A DNA stretch of 63,943 nt, counting the filler, from Globobulimina sp. (Eukaryota): assembly GCA_003354225.1 (NCBI GenBank). It is 43 parts of 43 records of this genome, joined end to end, with 100 filler letters (N's around TTAATTAATTAA, not from the genome) between each part and the next. Parts side by side here need not be neighbours in the genome. Positions count along the whole stretch, not along the records: positions 23,846 to 25,234 come from PIVH01017456.1; positions 25,335 to 26,723 come from PIVH01017457.1; positions 26,824 to 28,212 come from PIVH01017458.1; positions 28,313 to 29,701 come from PIVH01017459.1; positions 29,802 to 31,190 come from PIVH01017460.1; positions 31,291 to 32,679 come from PIVH01017461.1; positions 32,780 to 34,168 come from PIVH01017462.1; positions 34,269 to 35,657 come from PIVH01017463.1; 35 more parts are not named here. One strand, given 5' to 3'. The position numbers were made by a program, and so were the translations under genes. Shown here one piece after another: positions 24,759-37,246 of this stretch (position 1 is the stretch's first letter; each line of letters begins with the position of its first letter). Under the pieces are notes generated by a model, which was not told the DNA's origin, searched no databases, and saw only the letters and a list, made by a program, of their open reading frames with translations.

Positions 24759-25013
24759 AATATAAAACAAGAGGAAGATAAATTGATGACTGGTACCAAT
24801 AATTATTAATAATTTACAAGCTTGCCTTCTCTTCTGTTGCTAATACGTTTGCAACAAATAATGATACAATAATCCCACACCTGCACTGTGTGCACAATAA
24901 TGAGTAATTCGACAAAAACTGAGCTAGAGGTTTTTGTAATTCAATTGGCAAAATCTAGCTCAACATCAATCCTTCCGTGTAACCGCAACAAAGCTTGACC
25001 CTTATTAATAACA

Positions 25014-25234
25014 ATGATTTCGAGTCATAAAAAAAGAAAACGCGGTGAAACAGACTCAATTGGAATTCCAGTGAGGAAAAAGGCAAAATTAACGAATTGG
25101 AATAAAACTGAAATTAATAGCAAATTGTTGCCGAATTCTTTTGATTATTCTCAATTTAAAATGATATTTGAAGCAATCAAAGAAAGTGAATTAACGAATA
25201 AATTGTCCATTCCATCATGTCTTATCCAAGAAAT
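25014..25234 (+). CDS. Hypothetical protein N-terminus
   Basis: ORF runs to the contig end; NLS-like basic patches and an 'IPSCLIQEI' motif. Confidence 0.35.
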
Positions 25235-25334
25235 NNNNNNNNNNNNNNNNNNNNNNNNNNNNNNNNNNNNNNNNNNNNTTAATTAATTAANNNNNNNNNN
25301 NNNNNNNNNNNNNNNNNNNNNNNNNNNNNNNNNN

Positions 25335-25661
25335 AACATTCTGACATATAATATCTCCACAAATACTACATATTGACGATTCATTGTGGTATTCAGCTGT
25401 TGATGAAGGAATGAAAGAATTGTAAAATATCCACAAAATATCAACCCTATTGGTCATTCATTGTGTAAACACAATAATAATATATATATTGTTGATGGTA
25501 ATAATGGAGAAATTATTCTATTTAACCCATCAACAAAACAATTTAAACACAGAAAAGAAATACCAATGATTGGAGCTGTAACATGTTGTGTAGCAATGTA
25601 TGGTAATATTTATATATATTCGATGGTCATACAAATTGCAAATATTTTAGATATTCAATAA
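25335..25661 (+). pseudogene. Degenerate Kelch-repeat fragment
   Basis: 'HSLCKHNNNIYIVDG...ILFNP' Kelch blade with stops and frameshifts on both sides. Confidence 0.5.
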
Positions 25662-25903
25662 AAGAGAATAAAATAAAAACGACTTGCTTCGATATGGGAT
25701 TACGCAGTTTAAAGATAGAATTCATATTTATAATAATATTCAAAATGATCAAAATGAAGGACAAGGAACATATCTCTTTTTTTAGTAAAAACTTCATCTG
25801 TGTTTTTTTTTTGTATTTAGACACATTTTCAGCATCGTCACTCGCGTACAGTAGTATACTTTTTGCGAATACAAACTCTTGAATCCCCAATAGTTGATTA
25901 AAA

Positions 25904-26717
25904 ATGTTCGGACGATTATTCGGCACCAATCAAACCAAAAAGAAAGTGGCGGCTCCCAATTTGAACGACTCCATCCAACAGTTACGCCAAGCCGTCACCC
26001 AATTGGACAAACGGGAAGTTCATTTGGACAAAAAAATCCAAGTTTGCTTAAACAACGCCAAGGCCAAATCCAAGCGCAGGGACAAAAAAGGTGCATTGTA
26101 CGAGTTAAAGAAGAAAAAACAATTAGAAAATCAGTTGAATTCCATACAAGGCAAAAAATTGAATTTAGAAACACAAATTATGGCCTTAGAGGATGCGCAT
26201 TTAAATAAAGAGACGTTGAAGGTATTATATCTCACTTCCAATCCTCGCAAAATCGCATACCACACACACCACAAAACCAAACCAAATGACAGGCCATGAA
26301 AACGTCCGCAAACGCCATGAAAGCCACGGTGAAAGAATCAGACTTAGACAGAGCCGACGAATTAATGGAGGACATCAACGAAGCCATGGACCAAGTCAAT
26401 GAAATGAATGAGGCCATGTCGCAGCCATTGGGCCAGGTTATGGACGACGATGAGTTAGAGGCAGAATTGGCGGAATTGGAGGAGTTGGAAGCCGACGAAT
26501 TGTTAAATGATATGGCCGATGCTCCCGTGGTCCATCAACCACAGTCATACAATGGCGATGTGCTTAATATGCCGAGTGCTCCCGATGGCAAAATACGTTT
26601 ACGTTTAGTTTTCTATATATTTGTGCGTTATGTCTGCAAATTGCCGTACTTTGTATAGCTCCAAAACAACAAGAAGAAGAGGATGAATTGGCGGAATTGG
26701 AACCTATGATGAATTAA
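25904..26717 (+). CDS. SNF7: ESCRT-III Snf7/Vps32 (CHMP4); introns 26222-26292 and 26597-26658
   Basis: MFGRLFG, ALYELKKKKQLENQL, LETQIMALE, DDDELEAELAELE, C-terminal EDELAELE. Confidence 0.93.
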
Positions 26718-26823
26718 GATGTTNNNNNNNNNNNNNNNNNNNNNNNNNNNNNNNNNNNNNNNNNNNNTTAATTAATTAANNNNNNNNNNNNNNNNNNNNN
26801 NNNNNNNNNNNNNNNNNNNNNNN

Positions 26824-27137
26824 TCAATGACAAGACAAGAATCCCGTATTTTTTTTGATGGATAATATTGCTCGAATATCTCTTCGAAATCTGGTTTATT
26901 TTGATTAATAATTTCTGAATTTATTTTCTTTTGATCCGAATTTCTATCCACGTATTTTGAATTAAATATTTCCTTATATTCATTATAATTAGAAATTCCA
27001 TTTTTGACCATTTTTCCATATTCTCTCCACGAAACAGCGCACTTTTTTGATTGGATCTTTGTCCTTATTTTATCGTGGCCTATATTCTGCAAATTGTTTC
27101 CTTTCCAAAATGGCATGACTGCAGGTGACTGACTCAA
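26824..27137 (-). CDS. Hypothetical ORF fragment
   Basis: Open to the contig edge; no family recognised. Confidence 0.3.
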
Positions 27138-27346
27138 GTTTTATTAATGAATATAAAGATTATTGAATAAAAAGTGTTAGACATCACAACTTTTCATTTT
27201 GAACACAGAAATCAACAATATACATCTTTAGAGACAACATATTAAACATACAATATATTTGATACATACAATATTTTTTTATGCTTGCATTTAAATGAAG
27301 TTTTTTAACTGGAAACATCAAACTATTTTTTCAACTTTATTTTTTC

Positions 27347-28155
27347 ATGGCTGAACCAAACCAGCCAGAGCAGTCAATTTTATTCGATGACATCAGACAC
27401 GCAGCTACCAATGTTAGTATTAAGGGATTAAGTTATACCGCAAACAGAGTTAATTATGATCAAGAATTGCGCAAATATCATCGTGAATGTCATAAAAATA
27501 ATTTGCAATCAAAATCAAACCGTAACGTGAGCAGGCCGCAATATAAGGAGGACATCGAGGTCGTATTTGATTATATGGTATCGCAGGCGATAAAATGTGG
27601 CATGTCGGTTGAAATGAGGGAAACAAGACAGGATGGCATATTAGGAGAGAGTGCCAGTGTCGCTGTACATAAACAACGCGCGGAATTTAACCTCAGTATG
27701 TGCTTTTTTTTTATATTATATTCAAACATCTGAATAGTTTGAACGTGAATAGTTTGAAACTGACTGTTTGAAACTGACTGTTTGAAACTGACTGTTTGAA
27801 ACTGACTGTTTGAAAATGAATATATACAGAATCTGTGAATGAGAAAGCAAAGAAATTACAGGCGGTGAGACTTCATGTATTAGCAAAAAAAGAGAAACGG
27901 CTATGGAAGAAAGCCAAGAAGAGTGGTTTCCGTTTGGATGAGATGAATTTGAATCGCGAGGAAAGGAATGTCTTGGCCGCAAGATTTGAATTAAGAAAGG
28001 CTCTCCGGCTTAAATATTTCTGTGAATCCACTCAAGAGGTGGAACAAATGATAAATGCGCGTTTATCTGTTCATCCACGGCCCAAGCATCGAAGGGATAG
28101 GGCCGGGGATGTGTTAATTTGTTGTGTATCCATCGAAATATCCAACAAATACTAA
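27347..28155 (+). CDS. Hypothetical two-exon protein (intron about 27697-27829)
   Basis: GTATGT donor and ATACAG acceptor join two ORFs in frame. Confidence 0.5.
27752..27815 (+). repeat. Intronic 14-bp tandem repeat GTTTGAAACTGACT x4.5
   Basis: Exact copies visible. Confidence 0.95.
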
Positions 28156-28521
28156 TTGAACCTCAAATTGCGATTCTTCTCTCCCATCATACCTCGATTG
28201 GTGATGCCTGAANNNNNNNNNNNNNNNNNNNNNNNNNNNNNNNNNNNNNNNNNNNNTTAATTAATTAANNNNNNNNNNNNNNNNNNNNNNNNNNNNNNNN
28301 NNNNNNNNNNNNAAATATTCGGCAGAATGTATCCGTGAAAAGCAAAGCGGGGGAACCGTATGGAGCACAAAGGAAAAGCAAATAAGAAATCTGCACAAAT
28401 GAAAAAGGCGACGCAGCACAGAAAAGATGAGGTTATAAACACATCGAACCATATCTCACATTCATCTGTATAATATTTGCAATATAAAAACGTTTGTAAT
28501 GTTTGTGAGATAATAGTATTT

Positions 28522-28671
28522 TATCCAAATTCAGTAATATCGAGTCGGGAACGTGTTTCCGAAAACAAAGTTTTTCACGTCGAGGGGGCGCGCCCTTGGC
28601 GCCCCGAGGCGGGAAAAACTTTGTTTTCGGAACACACGTTTCCGACAAGATTATATACTGATATTTGGGTA
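28522..28671. repeat. About 150-bp imperfect palindrome (MITE-like or element-end hairpin)
   Basis: GTCGGGAACGTGTTTCCGAAAACAAAGTTTTTC pairs with GAAAAACTTTGTTTTCGGAACACACGTTTCCGAC around a GC-rich centre. Confidence 0.85.
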
Positions 28672-28920
28672 CAATGTTTTGTCCAAAAAAGAACCCTACA
28701 GTGATTGGATAAATACATATTGAATGTGGATTATTATATTTGTATACATTTTGATTGGTTTTATGGGAATGGTTATTATTTTGATTGATTATTTTGATTG
28801 CATATTGTGTTTGTTTTATGTTGTAGTGTGTTTGTTTTATGTCATCCAACTAAACTAAAACATCAACTTCTTCTACATTTTACTTCACTTTACTCAAACC
28901 TAAGCCGCTGATCGTTGAAA

Positions 28921-29496
28921 ATGTCCGGTAAAGAAGAAAAAGCAGTGCCAGTACCAAGTAAAGGAGCAGTATTAGCAATTAAAGCAGAATCAAGCGATTG
29001 TATAATGCCACAAATTCCATTTCCATCAGATTACAGTGCCAAACGTGGCCCATCATTTGCAGTGAAAGATATCCGTTTCACACCATTAGGTTTGGCAAAA
29101 AGCGAGAATAAAGATTTAATGCAACAAATTGATGAATTGGAGGATAAATTAGATGCGGCAGACGTTCGTATTGAAGAGCAGCAAGTGGCGATTTTTGATT
29201 TAGACGCAGATTTAGAATTAGCCAATGATAGTTTGGCAGAGATTAAATGTGATTGGGATCATGTTGCTGCCGCAACGAATGTAACCATTATGGATTTTGA
29301 AAAGGTATTTGCGAGTTTTATGGATAGAGCGTTATTGGAGAGGAATGGTTTAAAGGCAACGGCCAAACGATATGAATTGTATTATGATTATAAGGTGGTG
29401 GCATATAAAGCGTTGAAGAAGAAATTTGATAAAATGGAGAAAGAAAAACAATATGAAATGCATATTGGTGTTGTTGAAACATTTAATAATAATTGA
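28921..29496 (+). CDS. Coiled-coil hypothetical protein
   Basis: Complete intronless ORF with a heptad pattern. Confidence 0.55.
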   Translation: MSGKEEKAVPVPSKGAVLAIKAESSDCIMPQIPFPSDYSAKRGPSFAVKDIRFTPLGLAKSENKDLMQQIDELEDKLDAADVRIEEQQVAIFDLDADLELANDSLAEIKCDWDHVAAATNVTIMDFEKVFASFMDRALLERNGLKATAKRYELYYDYKVVAYKALKKKFDKMEKEKQYEMHIGVVETFNNN

Positions 29497-29801
29497 ATTA
29501 TTAAATTATTTATTTATTTGTATAGTTATTTTTGTCTATTTTTGTATAGTAAATTTGTTTGTAATTTGTCAATTCTTTTTGATTTGTCGAGCATCCATTT
29601 TTGTAATTTGTCGATTATTTTGTCGATTATTTTGATTTTTAATTATTATGCATATTCAGAACACTGCACTTTCGTTTCAAAAGTCTCATGTTTCATCTTT
29701 CNNNNNNNNNNNNNNNNNNNNNNNNNNNNNNNNNNNNNNNNNNNNTTAATTAATTAANNNNNNNNNNNNNNNNNNNNNNNNNNNNNNNNNNNNNNNNNNN
29801 N

Positions 29802-31190
29802 GTTTATAACAATAAGCTATTTCGCGGAGTTCATGGAGTGTCATTGAATTGACGTTATACACAGTTCCCGCTACGAACAATTACCAGTTTTTCAGAGGAT
29901 TTCGGTGTCGCAAAAACATTTTGTTGCAGTGCAGGTTTAATGATATGCATAAATGACGCATTTGATGCAATATATAGCGGACAGTTGAAAGCCGCGAACA
30001 TTGCATGGATCTCTAATTTCCCGCACGAGAAAGAATGGGTTGTGTTACCTATAACATTTGATGCATTTGCTGAGATTGCAGAGGAAAACACAGATTATTC
30101 GTGTTTCATATATGACGCAGCATCGATACAAATATATGAAGCGAATATTAATTTGCTGCCAAATACATCGAACTGTAATATTGCGAGCTGTGCTGCCTTG
30201 AAACGGACGAGGATTATGTTGAAAATGTTAGAGCCCAAATTGAAAAATAATATTAGTGGCAAAGGGTTGTCCTGTTTGCGAAAGGACTGTCATCACATTT
30301 TAAGGAAACATAGAAACGAGCTTGAAAATATTAAAATGGATTCAGATATGTTGCGAATGGTGCCTCAGTTATGTGATTTGTTTGAGGCAGAAACAGATAA
30401 CAAAGCGTTGTTGGAAGTGGGTGAAAGTTTGTTGGATTATAATTATTTAGGATTGATCGAGTCGACATATGCAGTGATCAGCATTGCAGTGTTAGCCATT
30501 GTGTATAAGTCATTTGTGTTAAAACAGGAAAATCATGCTTCGAAAATTAAATTGAGCGACGCTGAAATGTTATGTGTGTTAAATGAGGATTTAAAATCAT
30601 ATCAGAAACGAAATAATCAGTGCAATGTTGATGGTGCACTCGATAAAAAAAAGGAAAAAATAAAAAAACGGCAGAACCATCGTAAACACAATAAAAAAAG
30701 ATTCAAAAATGTGAGGAAAGCTGCAAAACATAATAATATGAAAAAACATAAACATAAAAAATCCGGTGTTGGTGGTATTGATGGTCAAACCGCAGCTGAT
30801 TATCCGCTCGGAAACATTCCATTGGAAATCATAGCAAGTAATGATGCGGTATTGTATGATCACTATGATGTGGATGGATTAACTCATTTAACTGTGATTG
30901 TTGCTATATTGGTGTTAATTGGTTCATTTATTATTTCCCATCAATTGAAAAAGATTTTCAATTACAAACACAAAAAGAAGAATAGAGCTGTTGTTTTATC
31001 GACAAGTCCTCAGCATATTTCAGATCTAATATTCAATGAAAGAAATGCATTAAAGTCAGAGGTTTGGGAGGTTGAGAGGTTCGCAGGTTTATGCGTTGAG
31101 AAGTTGAGATGTTCAGAAGTTGAATTATTAATGAAACAAGAATTCAATTATACGATACTTTTATCCACCAACTTCTCAACATCCCAACCT
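29802..31190 (+). CDS. R-S-E ADP-ribosyltransferase domain plus TM segments; in-frame TGA at 29850-29852 (possible pseudogene)
   Basis: KLFRGVHG...*...TITSFS..FGVAKTF...ISNFPHEKEWVVLP, all in one frame. Confidence 0.7.
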
Positions 31191-31290
31191 NNNNNNNNNN
31201 NNNNNNNNNNNNNNNNNNNNNNNNNNNNNNNNNNTTAATTAATTAANNNNNNNNNNNNNNNNNNNNNNNNNNNNNNNNNNNNNNNNNNNN

Positions 31291-32679
31291 TCATTAACCA
31301 AATATCTTCGACGTCGGTGTTTGGCGATGAACGTATAAATGTGGTACGAAATAATAACTCTTTGGCACGAACTCGCATTCCTAACAATGTGTATTCCGAC
31401 AATGACGGTTCATCCACGCTGAAATCCTCTTTTTTCGTCGTAGTACTTTTAGAGGGATTTGATTTTGATGTCGATGGACTGTATGGATTGGACGAGTTTG
31501 ATGCGCTCATATCATCAATGTCTATTTGTTTGATTTTATACTATATATAAACAGCTGGAAAAAAGTAATAAATTGCAACAAACCTATGGTTAAATCCTGT
31601 GTGTGCTTTGTTGGTTTTTTTGGAGTTGACACAGTGTGCTCTTCTTCGCTTTGCTGCTTCTTTAAAATATGCAATATTTCCACTGAAGGACACAAAAAAG
31701 AACATTCCAATGTAACCGGTTCGAGCAATGGACCCAATTCGGGCTTATTCTGTGCATAGTTGGGCTCTGTCAATTTATTGATTAAGTCCTCAATCCACGC
31801 ACCACATTGCCACCATAAACGGAGGTCTAAGCCAGGAAGAAATGCTTTGTTTTTTACCTTCTCCTGCGTTGGGGCTTTGATTTCCATTTTATATTTAAAT
31901 GTTACCTTTTGCGCTCTGTATTTTTCATATAAATCTATGTCGAGATCAGGCATTGCATTTTGATATAATATGGAATTGGACCAATATGTGTGATGAAAGT
32001 AGTGTTGATACGCATCATTTTGCTTCGACTGCCAATATAATTTTGCATTTATTTTGAGAAAATGTATCCGTGCTACAGTATGGTCCTTATTTATCGCCGG
32101 AATTTCATACATTTCGCCAATATTATTTACTGAAAAAATGTCAAATGTTTTGAAGAATTTAGTGGCAGTCAGCACTTGCATCGACACAGAATGTGCCAAC
32201 ACTGAAAACACACCGCGTTTATAAATAACTAATCCGTGGTCAATGTCAATGGATAAATAATTTGGGACATTATTTTCTTTGATCAGTGCAATAATGGTAT
32301 GTTTCACATCAATTTGAACATTTCCATGGAATTTCATGCGTAATTTGTCCCACCATGCCAACTTACCAAATTTCAAAGGTTTCACCGACTTTGTCATTCG
32401 GTCCATACACAGCGCTAATTTGTCAATGGCACATTCCATACATTTGCCATACGTTAACAAGGCTTCTTTGCCAAATATTTTTGCTGCTAAATCACAATAA
32501 ACTTTTGAGGGATAAACTCGTGCGATTTTAAATGAACATTTAATTTTGGCGACAAATCAATACACAAATTCTCCACAAACCGGTCCTGTGGACACAATAA
32601 TTGACCCAATATGAACTTTCCTTTTATCTGTAAACATGGCGCTGATATCAACGGCAATGCATAGCCACTTATAGTCGCA
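31291..32679 (-). CDS. BLTP2/Hobbit/FMP27-like lipid-transfer protein fragment
   Basis: 'KVYCDL' and 'LAWWDKLRMKFHG' conserved motif; intron-interrupted. Confidence 0.7.
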
Positions 32680-33076
32680 NNNNNNNNNNNNNNNNNNNNN
32701 NNNNNNNNNNNNNNNNNNNNNNNTTAATTAATTAANNNNNNNNNNNNNNNNNNNNNNNNNNNNNNNNNNNNNNNNNNNNACGCCATTCATTATTGGTCGC
32801 AAGGCGTCATCAAAGCGTGTTTCCTCAAACATGAGGGATATTTTGGCTCCATCGGCGTGATGCTGCTGCCTGACAATGAGTTGCAAGACGACTAGAAATT
32901 ATATATTTAATTAAATTAAATTAATTGACTCTTTCTTGCTTTCTTGGTTGGTTGCAAACTATAGATTTTATTTTAAATTACCATCCTATTCCTATTACAA
33001 TCCTATAATAATACTCGAAAGACGTCACTTTGTGTTGATAAAAAATAAAAAATGTTGCAAAACTTTACATAGTATA

Positions 33077-34054
33077 ATGACGGAGCAAACAAGAATGCAA
33101 AACAAACAAGACGAGAAACGCAGTGTAACCAAAATTGTAACATTTCGCGATCGATTAGTGATTGGAATTGTCTTCTATATGTTTGATATGGTTGATTATA
33201 TTTCATCATTTGTATTAATTCGAGTATTATTAGGCGGTGTATCATGTTCTGTTGGTGATGAATTGGATACATTATATCCATACGGAATAATTCTTATTGT
33301 CTTAACTTGTATTGGCATTATATTTGCTACCATGGATACCATATTATTCATCACTGAATCCTGCTGTGATTGTAATTGTTTTGCCGGCGATGATGACCAT
33401 AACAAGCATTTATCCCATGTGATATTAGAGATTATATTAGGACTATCTCAGGATGTATGCTCCTCAGTGATTACAATGATTGCAGGAGTATCTGTTGGTT
33501 TTGTGACCTCTGAATTTGAATTTAGTTTAATAATATCAGGCATTTTGGCTATGATATATGGATTAAAAAATTGGATGGAAATATGCGGCTGTTTTTGTGT
33601 TGGAGATGGTGTTAAAAATGCTATTGATGCTAAATGGAGAAATCCAAAATGTTGCATATGGGTATTTGGTATACAAATTGGATTTGGTTTGGTCACCTTT
33701 TTATGGGCTTCATATATGTTATCCAGCGATATAGAGAATGCGAGTAAGATTTTAATAGTTGATGGTCATCGATATGATGATTGGATTGGATATGAATCGC
33801 ATGACGTTAGTGATGATATTACGATTTATTGTTATGATGATGATGAAAGAAGGATATACTTTAACTTTGTTTTGCCAAATGATGAAACTATGATATATTG
33901 CAGTGGTAAATATGAATATAAAGGTATTTATGACATTACATTTAGAGATAATTGCGATGGTGTTTATGTTAAAGTGGATGAATGTGGTTATTTAGATTGT
34001 AATCGATGGGATCCATTTCAAATTTGTTATGGAACGTGTCTGTTGCAAGCTTGA
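33077..34054 (+). CDS. Multi-pass membrane protein with Cys-rich C-terminal domain
   Basis: About 5 hydrophobic helices; complete ORF. Confidence 0.6.
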   Translation: MTEQTRMQNKQDEKRSVTKIVTFRDRLVIGIVFYMFDMVDYISSFVLIRVLLGGVSCSVGDELDTLYPYGIILIVLTCIGIIFATMDTILFITESCCDCNCFAGDDDHNKHLSHVILEIILGLSQDVCSSVITMIAGVSVGFVTSEFEFSLIISGILAMIYGLKNWMEICGCFCVGDGVKNAIDAKWRNPKCCIWVFGIQIGFGLVTFLWASYMLSSDIENASKILIVDGHRYDDWIGYESHDVSDDITIYCYDDDERRIYFNFVLPNDETMIYCSGKYEYKGIYDITFRDNCDGVYVKVDECGYLDCNRWDPFQICYGTCLLQA

Positions 34055-34268
34055 CAATACATTGTTTTATATTATTTTAGTATGTTTTGTTATTTTCTAT
34101 TTTCTTTTTTCGGCGATGTTGCAGAATTATACTCGATTAAGAATCCCTCGCAAGACTTGTCAATTGACNNNNNNNNNNNNNNNNNNNNNNNNNNNNNNNN
34201 NNNNNNNNNNNNTTAATTAATTAANNNNNNNNNNNNNNNNNNNNNNNNNNNNNNNNNNNNNNNNNNNN

Positions 34269-34773
34269 TATCATCTCTAATTGTAACAATCGTTGTTAAA
34301 AGCAACAACATACTCCAAAGACCACCATCCATTAATGTTATGGTTGTCCATGCTAAGTAAGCAGGTGTAGTAAAGAGAAATAGTAAAAAGGCAATCGTCC
34401 ATAACGAAAATGTGGTTTTTTGCTTATTATCGCCACTAAATTGAGAAGACTGTATAAACAAAGTCGCAACGGTAGTTCCTAAAGCAATAAATGTAATATT
34501 TACAAACAAAAGGATTATCTCTGCACGGGACGATAATTTGAACACGAATGCACAAATTATAACCCACAAGAGATCAGTAGATCCTTCAACCCTTTCCCCT
34601 CCGATATTATATACAAATCCGTGCCCATTTGCCAGATTTTTTGCATAAACGAAGTAAATATTGGCATCATCAACCCCTTCAGATGGGTAGTCGAAAATTC
34701 CCCAAACGGACAATGCAGAGATACTGCTAAAAATAAATATTAATATAGATGTATAAAAAATATTCTTAAGCAT
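34269..34773 (-). CDS. Bacterial GT-C-type (arabinofuranosyltransferase-like) membrane protein, 3' partial
   Basis: 'VDDANIYFVYAKNLANGHGFVYNIGGERVEGSTDLLW' motif. Confidence 0.75.
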
Positions 34774-35535
34774 CTTTTCCTCGAAAAATATCTTTCTCTT
34801 TTTCCTTGTCGACAATTAATCTGCGAGCGCTCGCTTTTTGTTTAAATAACAATTAACATAAAAATAACATAATAAAAATTTGACAATTTATCTGTCATTT
34901 ATAAATCTCAGGACCAAATTTAAATTGCATATTCTAATAGAAAAAATAATTTTATCAAGTATAAAAATATAAAAGAATTCTTCGATAAATTGGAATCTGA
35001 AGGTAAATAATGGTAGTTATGTAATTTATGATTCAGAACTCATATTGAAGTGAGTGGTGATAAGGAGTTGCTTTTTCACCGAGAAAAATTAGGAAATTGG
35101 GCTTGTGTAACAACTTAAAAACGAACTGGCATATGTAATGTGCGAGGATTTGATGAACGGAGACTGAAAAAGACTGGATTTCGATAAGGCGGCCTTGCGG
35201 GGGCAATTTAGTTATGAAAATATGGCCTTTCATCTTCTTGATTCAATCTACTACCGTAGCTTCTGTGGGATTGGCTTTGCTGGAAAGGGTGTAGTTTTAT
35301 CATTGACACACAACTGTTCTTTAAGTATACATTCTCAAAAAAAACGAGTTCATATCACCTGGCCTGGCTTCAGGAGATAACTGATAGATACTGCATTCGT
35401 GCTTGCCTTGAAAAGTCCGTGCTATGCACGGGAATAGCAAACTGAAACAGGGGGTACTGCGCCCCCTATTTATTTTAGGGCTTAGCCAGTAAAATAAAGT
35501 TACCCGCTCAAAACACCTTCAGATATGTTGGGTCC

Positions 35536-35657
35536 ATGCGGAAGCATCCTTCCCAATCAAATCGTTTCGGCTTCACGCTCGCGGAGCTGTTGGTGGTGAT
35601 GGCCATCATCGGCATCATGTTTGCCATTGCACTGCCGATGCTTTCGAATACGACCGG
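35536..35657 (+). CDS. Prepilin-type N-terminal cleavage/methylation protein (bacterial), 3' partial
   Basis: MRKHPSQSNRF-G^FTLAELLVVMAIIGIMFAIALP. Confidence 0.85.
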
Positions 35658-35757
35658 NNNNNNNNNNNNNNNNNNNNNNNNNNNNNNNNNNNNNNNNNNN
35701 NTTAATTAATTAANNNNNNNNNNNNNNNNNNNNNNNNNNNNNNNNNNNNNNNNNNNN

Positions 35758-37146
35758 TGAAATTTTTGCAAATCAATTTGATACGACACATGTGGCGCAA
35801 CCATGGTTTCCCAATATACTTTATTCGAAGCATTTGGTACTAACATCACCGACAATCTCTTATTTCTCTTAAAATGTTTAATAATTTCCGCAATAAATTC
35901 ATATGGCGCAGAATATGGCGGATTACAAAAAATATCTCGATTTCTCCATTTTCTATAATCCATTAAATCAGTTTTACATTTAAATGGTGCGACATCATAT
36001 AAAATGCCAGTAAAATCTAATTCTATTTTTAAATACATCAATATGACAACAAATAAATTAATCGGGGTTTTAACGTGATCGCTGTCTTTAATTCTATACT
36101 GATATATCGATAATTCTTCATCGTCAGAGTCGTCGCCATATTTTTCTTCATCGTCAGAGTCATCGTCATATGATATGTGATATGATTTCTTTTCAAATAA
36201 TTTATTTAAACCATATACATTTGGTATCCATTGAGGTGCAATTTTATCAGATAAAATATTATATTGTTTTTTATTAATAACATGTCGTAATTCTGGCATT
36301 AATGTTTTATAATATGGTCTATGATTATTTGGCGTTAACCATTTCCATTCGCCACAATCTGCAAAATTAATATGGTATCTTCTTGATTTTATATCATATC
36401 CATCAATGACCCCAGCAAAAAAATCATTGCTTATTTGTAAGTCACATTGTACCTCAATCGCATCATATATATTATATTTTGGTGGTTTATAATTGATATT
36501 TGGTTTAAAAATTGGTTGGAATTGCTTTTCTTCTTTTTTTGTTAAGAATTCCCAACCATTTCTATCCAAATTGATCCATTTTATAAAAGATTTCTTTTCA
36601 TGCCATATTTGATACTGTTTCTTTGTTTGTGTTGTATCACATCGATAATCGCGAATTGATACAATATGCCATAATTTATCGCTTTTATCATATATTTTTA
36701 TTCTACTTCCAACCGAATATTCTCTTGTTTTTTGTGTTGATATTGATTGATAGGAATTATTGCTGGTTTTACGTTTTTTTTGTGGTAGATTTAATATGGA
36801 TGGATCTACATTATTTTCATTACAATTTTTATCTGTTTTTTCCTCATCAGATTGTAATACAATTTCATGTTTTCGTTTCCTAGTTTTTCGGATTTTTTCT
36901 TTTTGCATTTCTTTTTTATTGGCCGGATTCATAAAAGACCGAGGAACGGACATTATTTTATTTGCATTCTGTTTACAATTAATATTTGTTTTCGATAAGT
37001 TTGTAATATGACATTGATGACACAAGCAATAATCACATATTTTATTTGCACAATTCCAAATTATAGAATTTCCCGTTTTTAATTCATGACACAGATTACA
37101 TTCATAACCACATAATCCTAATTCTTTAACAGTAAATGCATTTAAA
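35758..37146 (-). CDS. Cys-finger + 2x Tudor-like + phage-Dam-like DNA N6-adenine methyltransferase, partial at both ends
   Basis: 'DLMDYRKWRNRDIFCNPPYS...SVMLVPNASNKVYW'; N-terminal CNLC..WNC..CDYCLCHQC; two Tudor-like units. Confidence 0.75.
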
Positions 37147-37246
37147 NNNNNNNNNNNNNNNNNNNNNNNNNNNNNNNNNNNNNNNNNNNNTTAATTAATT
37201 AANNNNNNNNNNNNNNNNNNNNNNNNNNNNNNNNNNNNNNNNNNNN

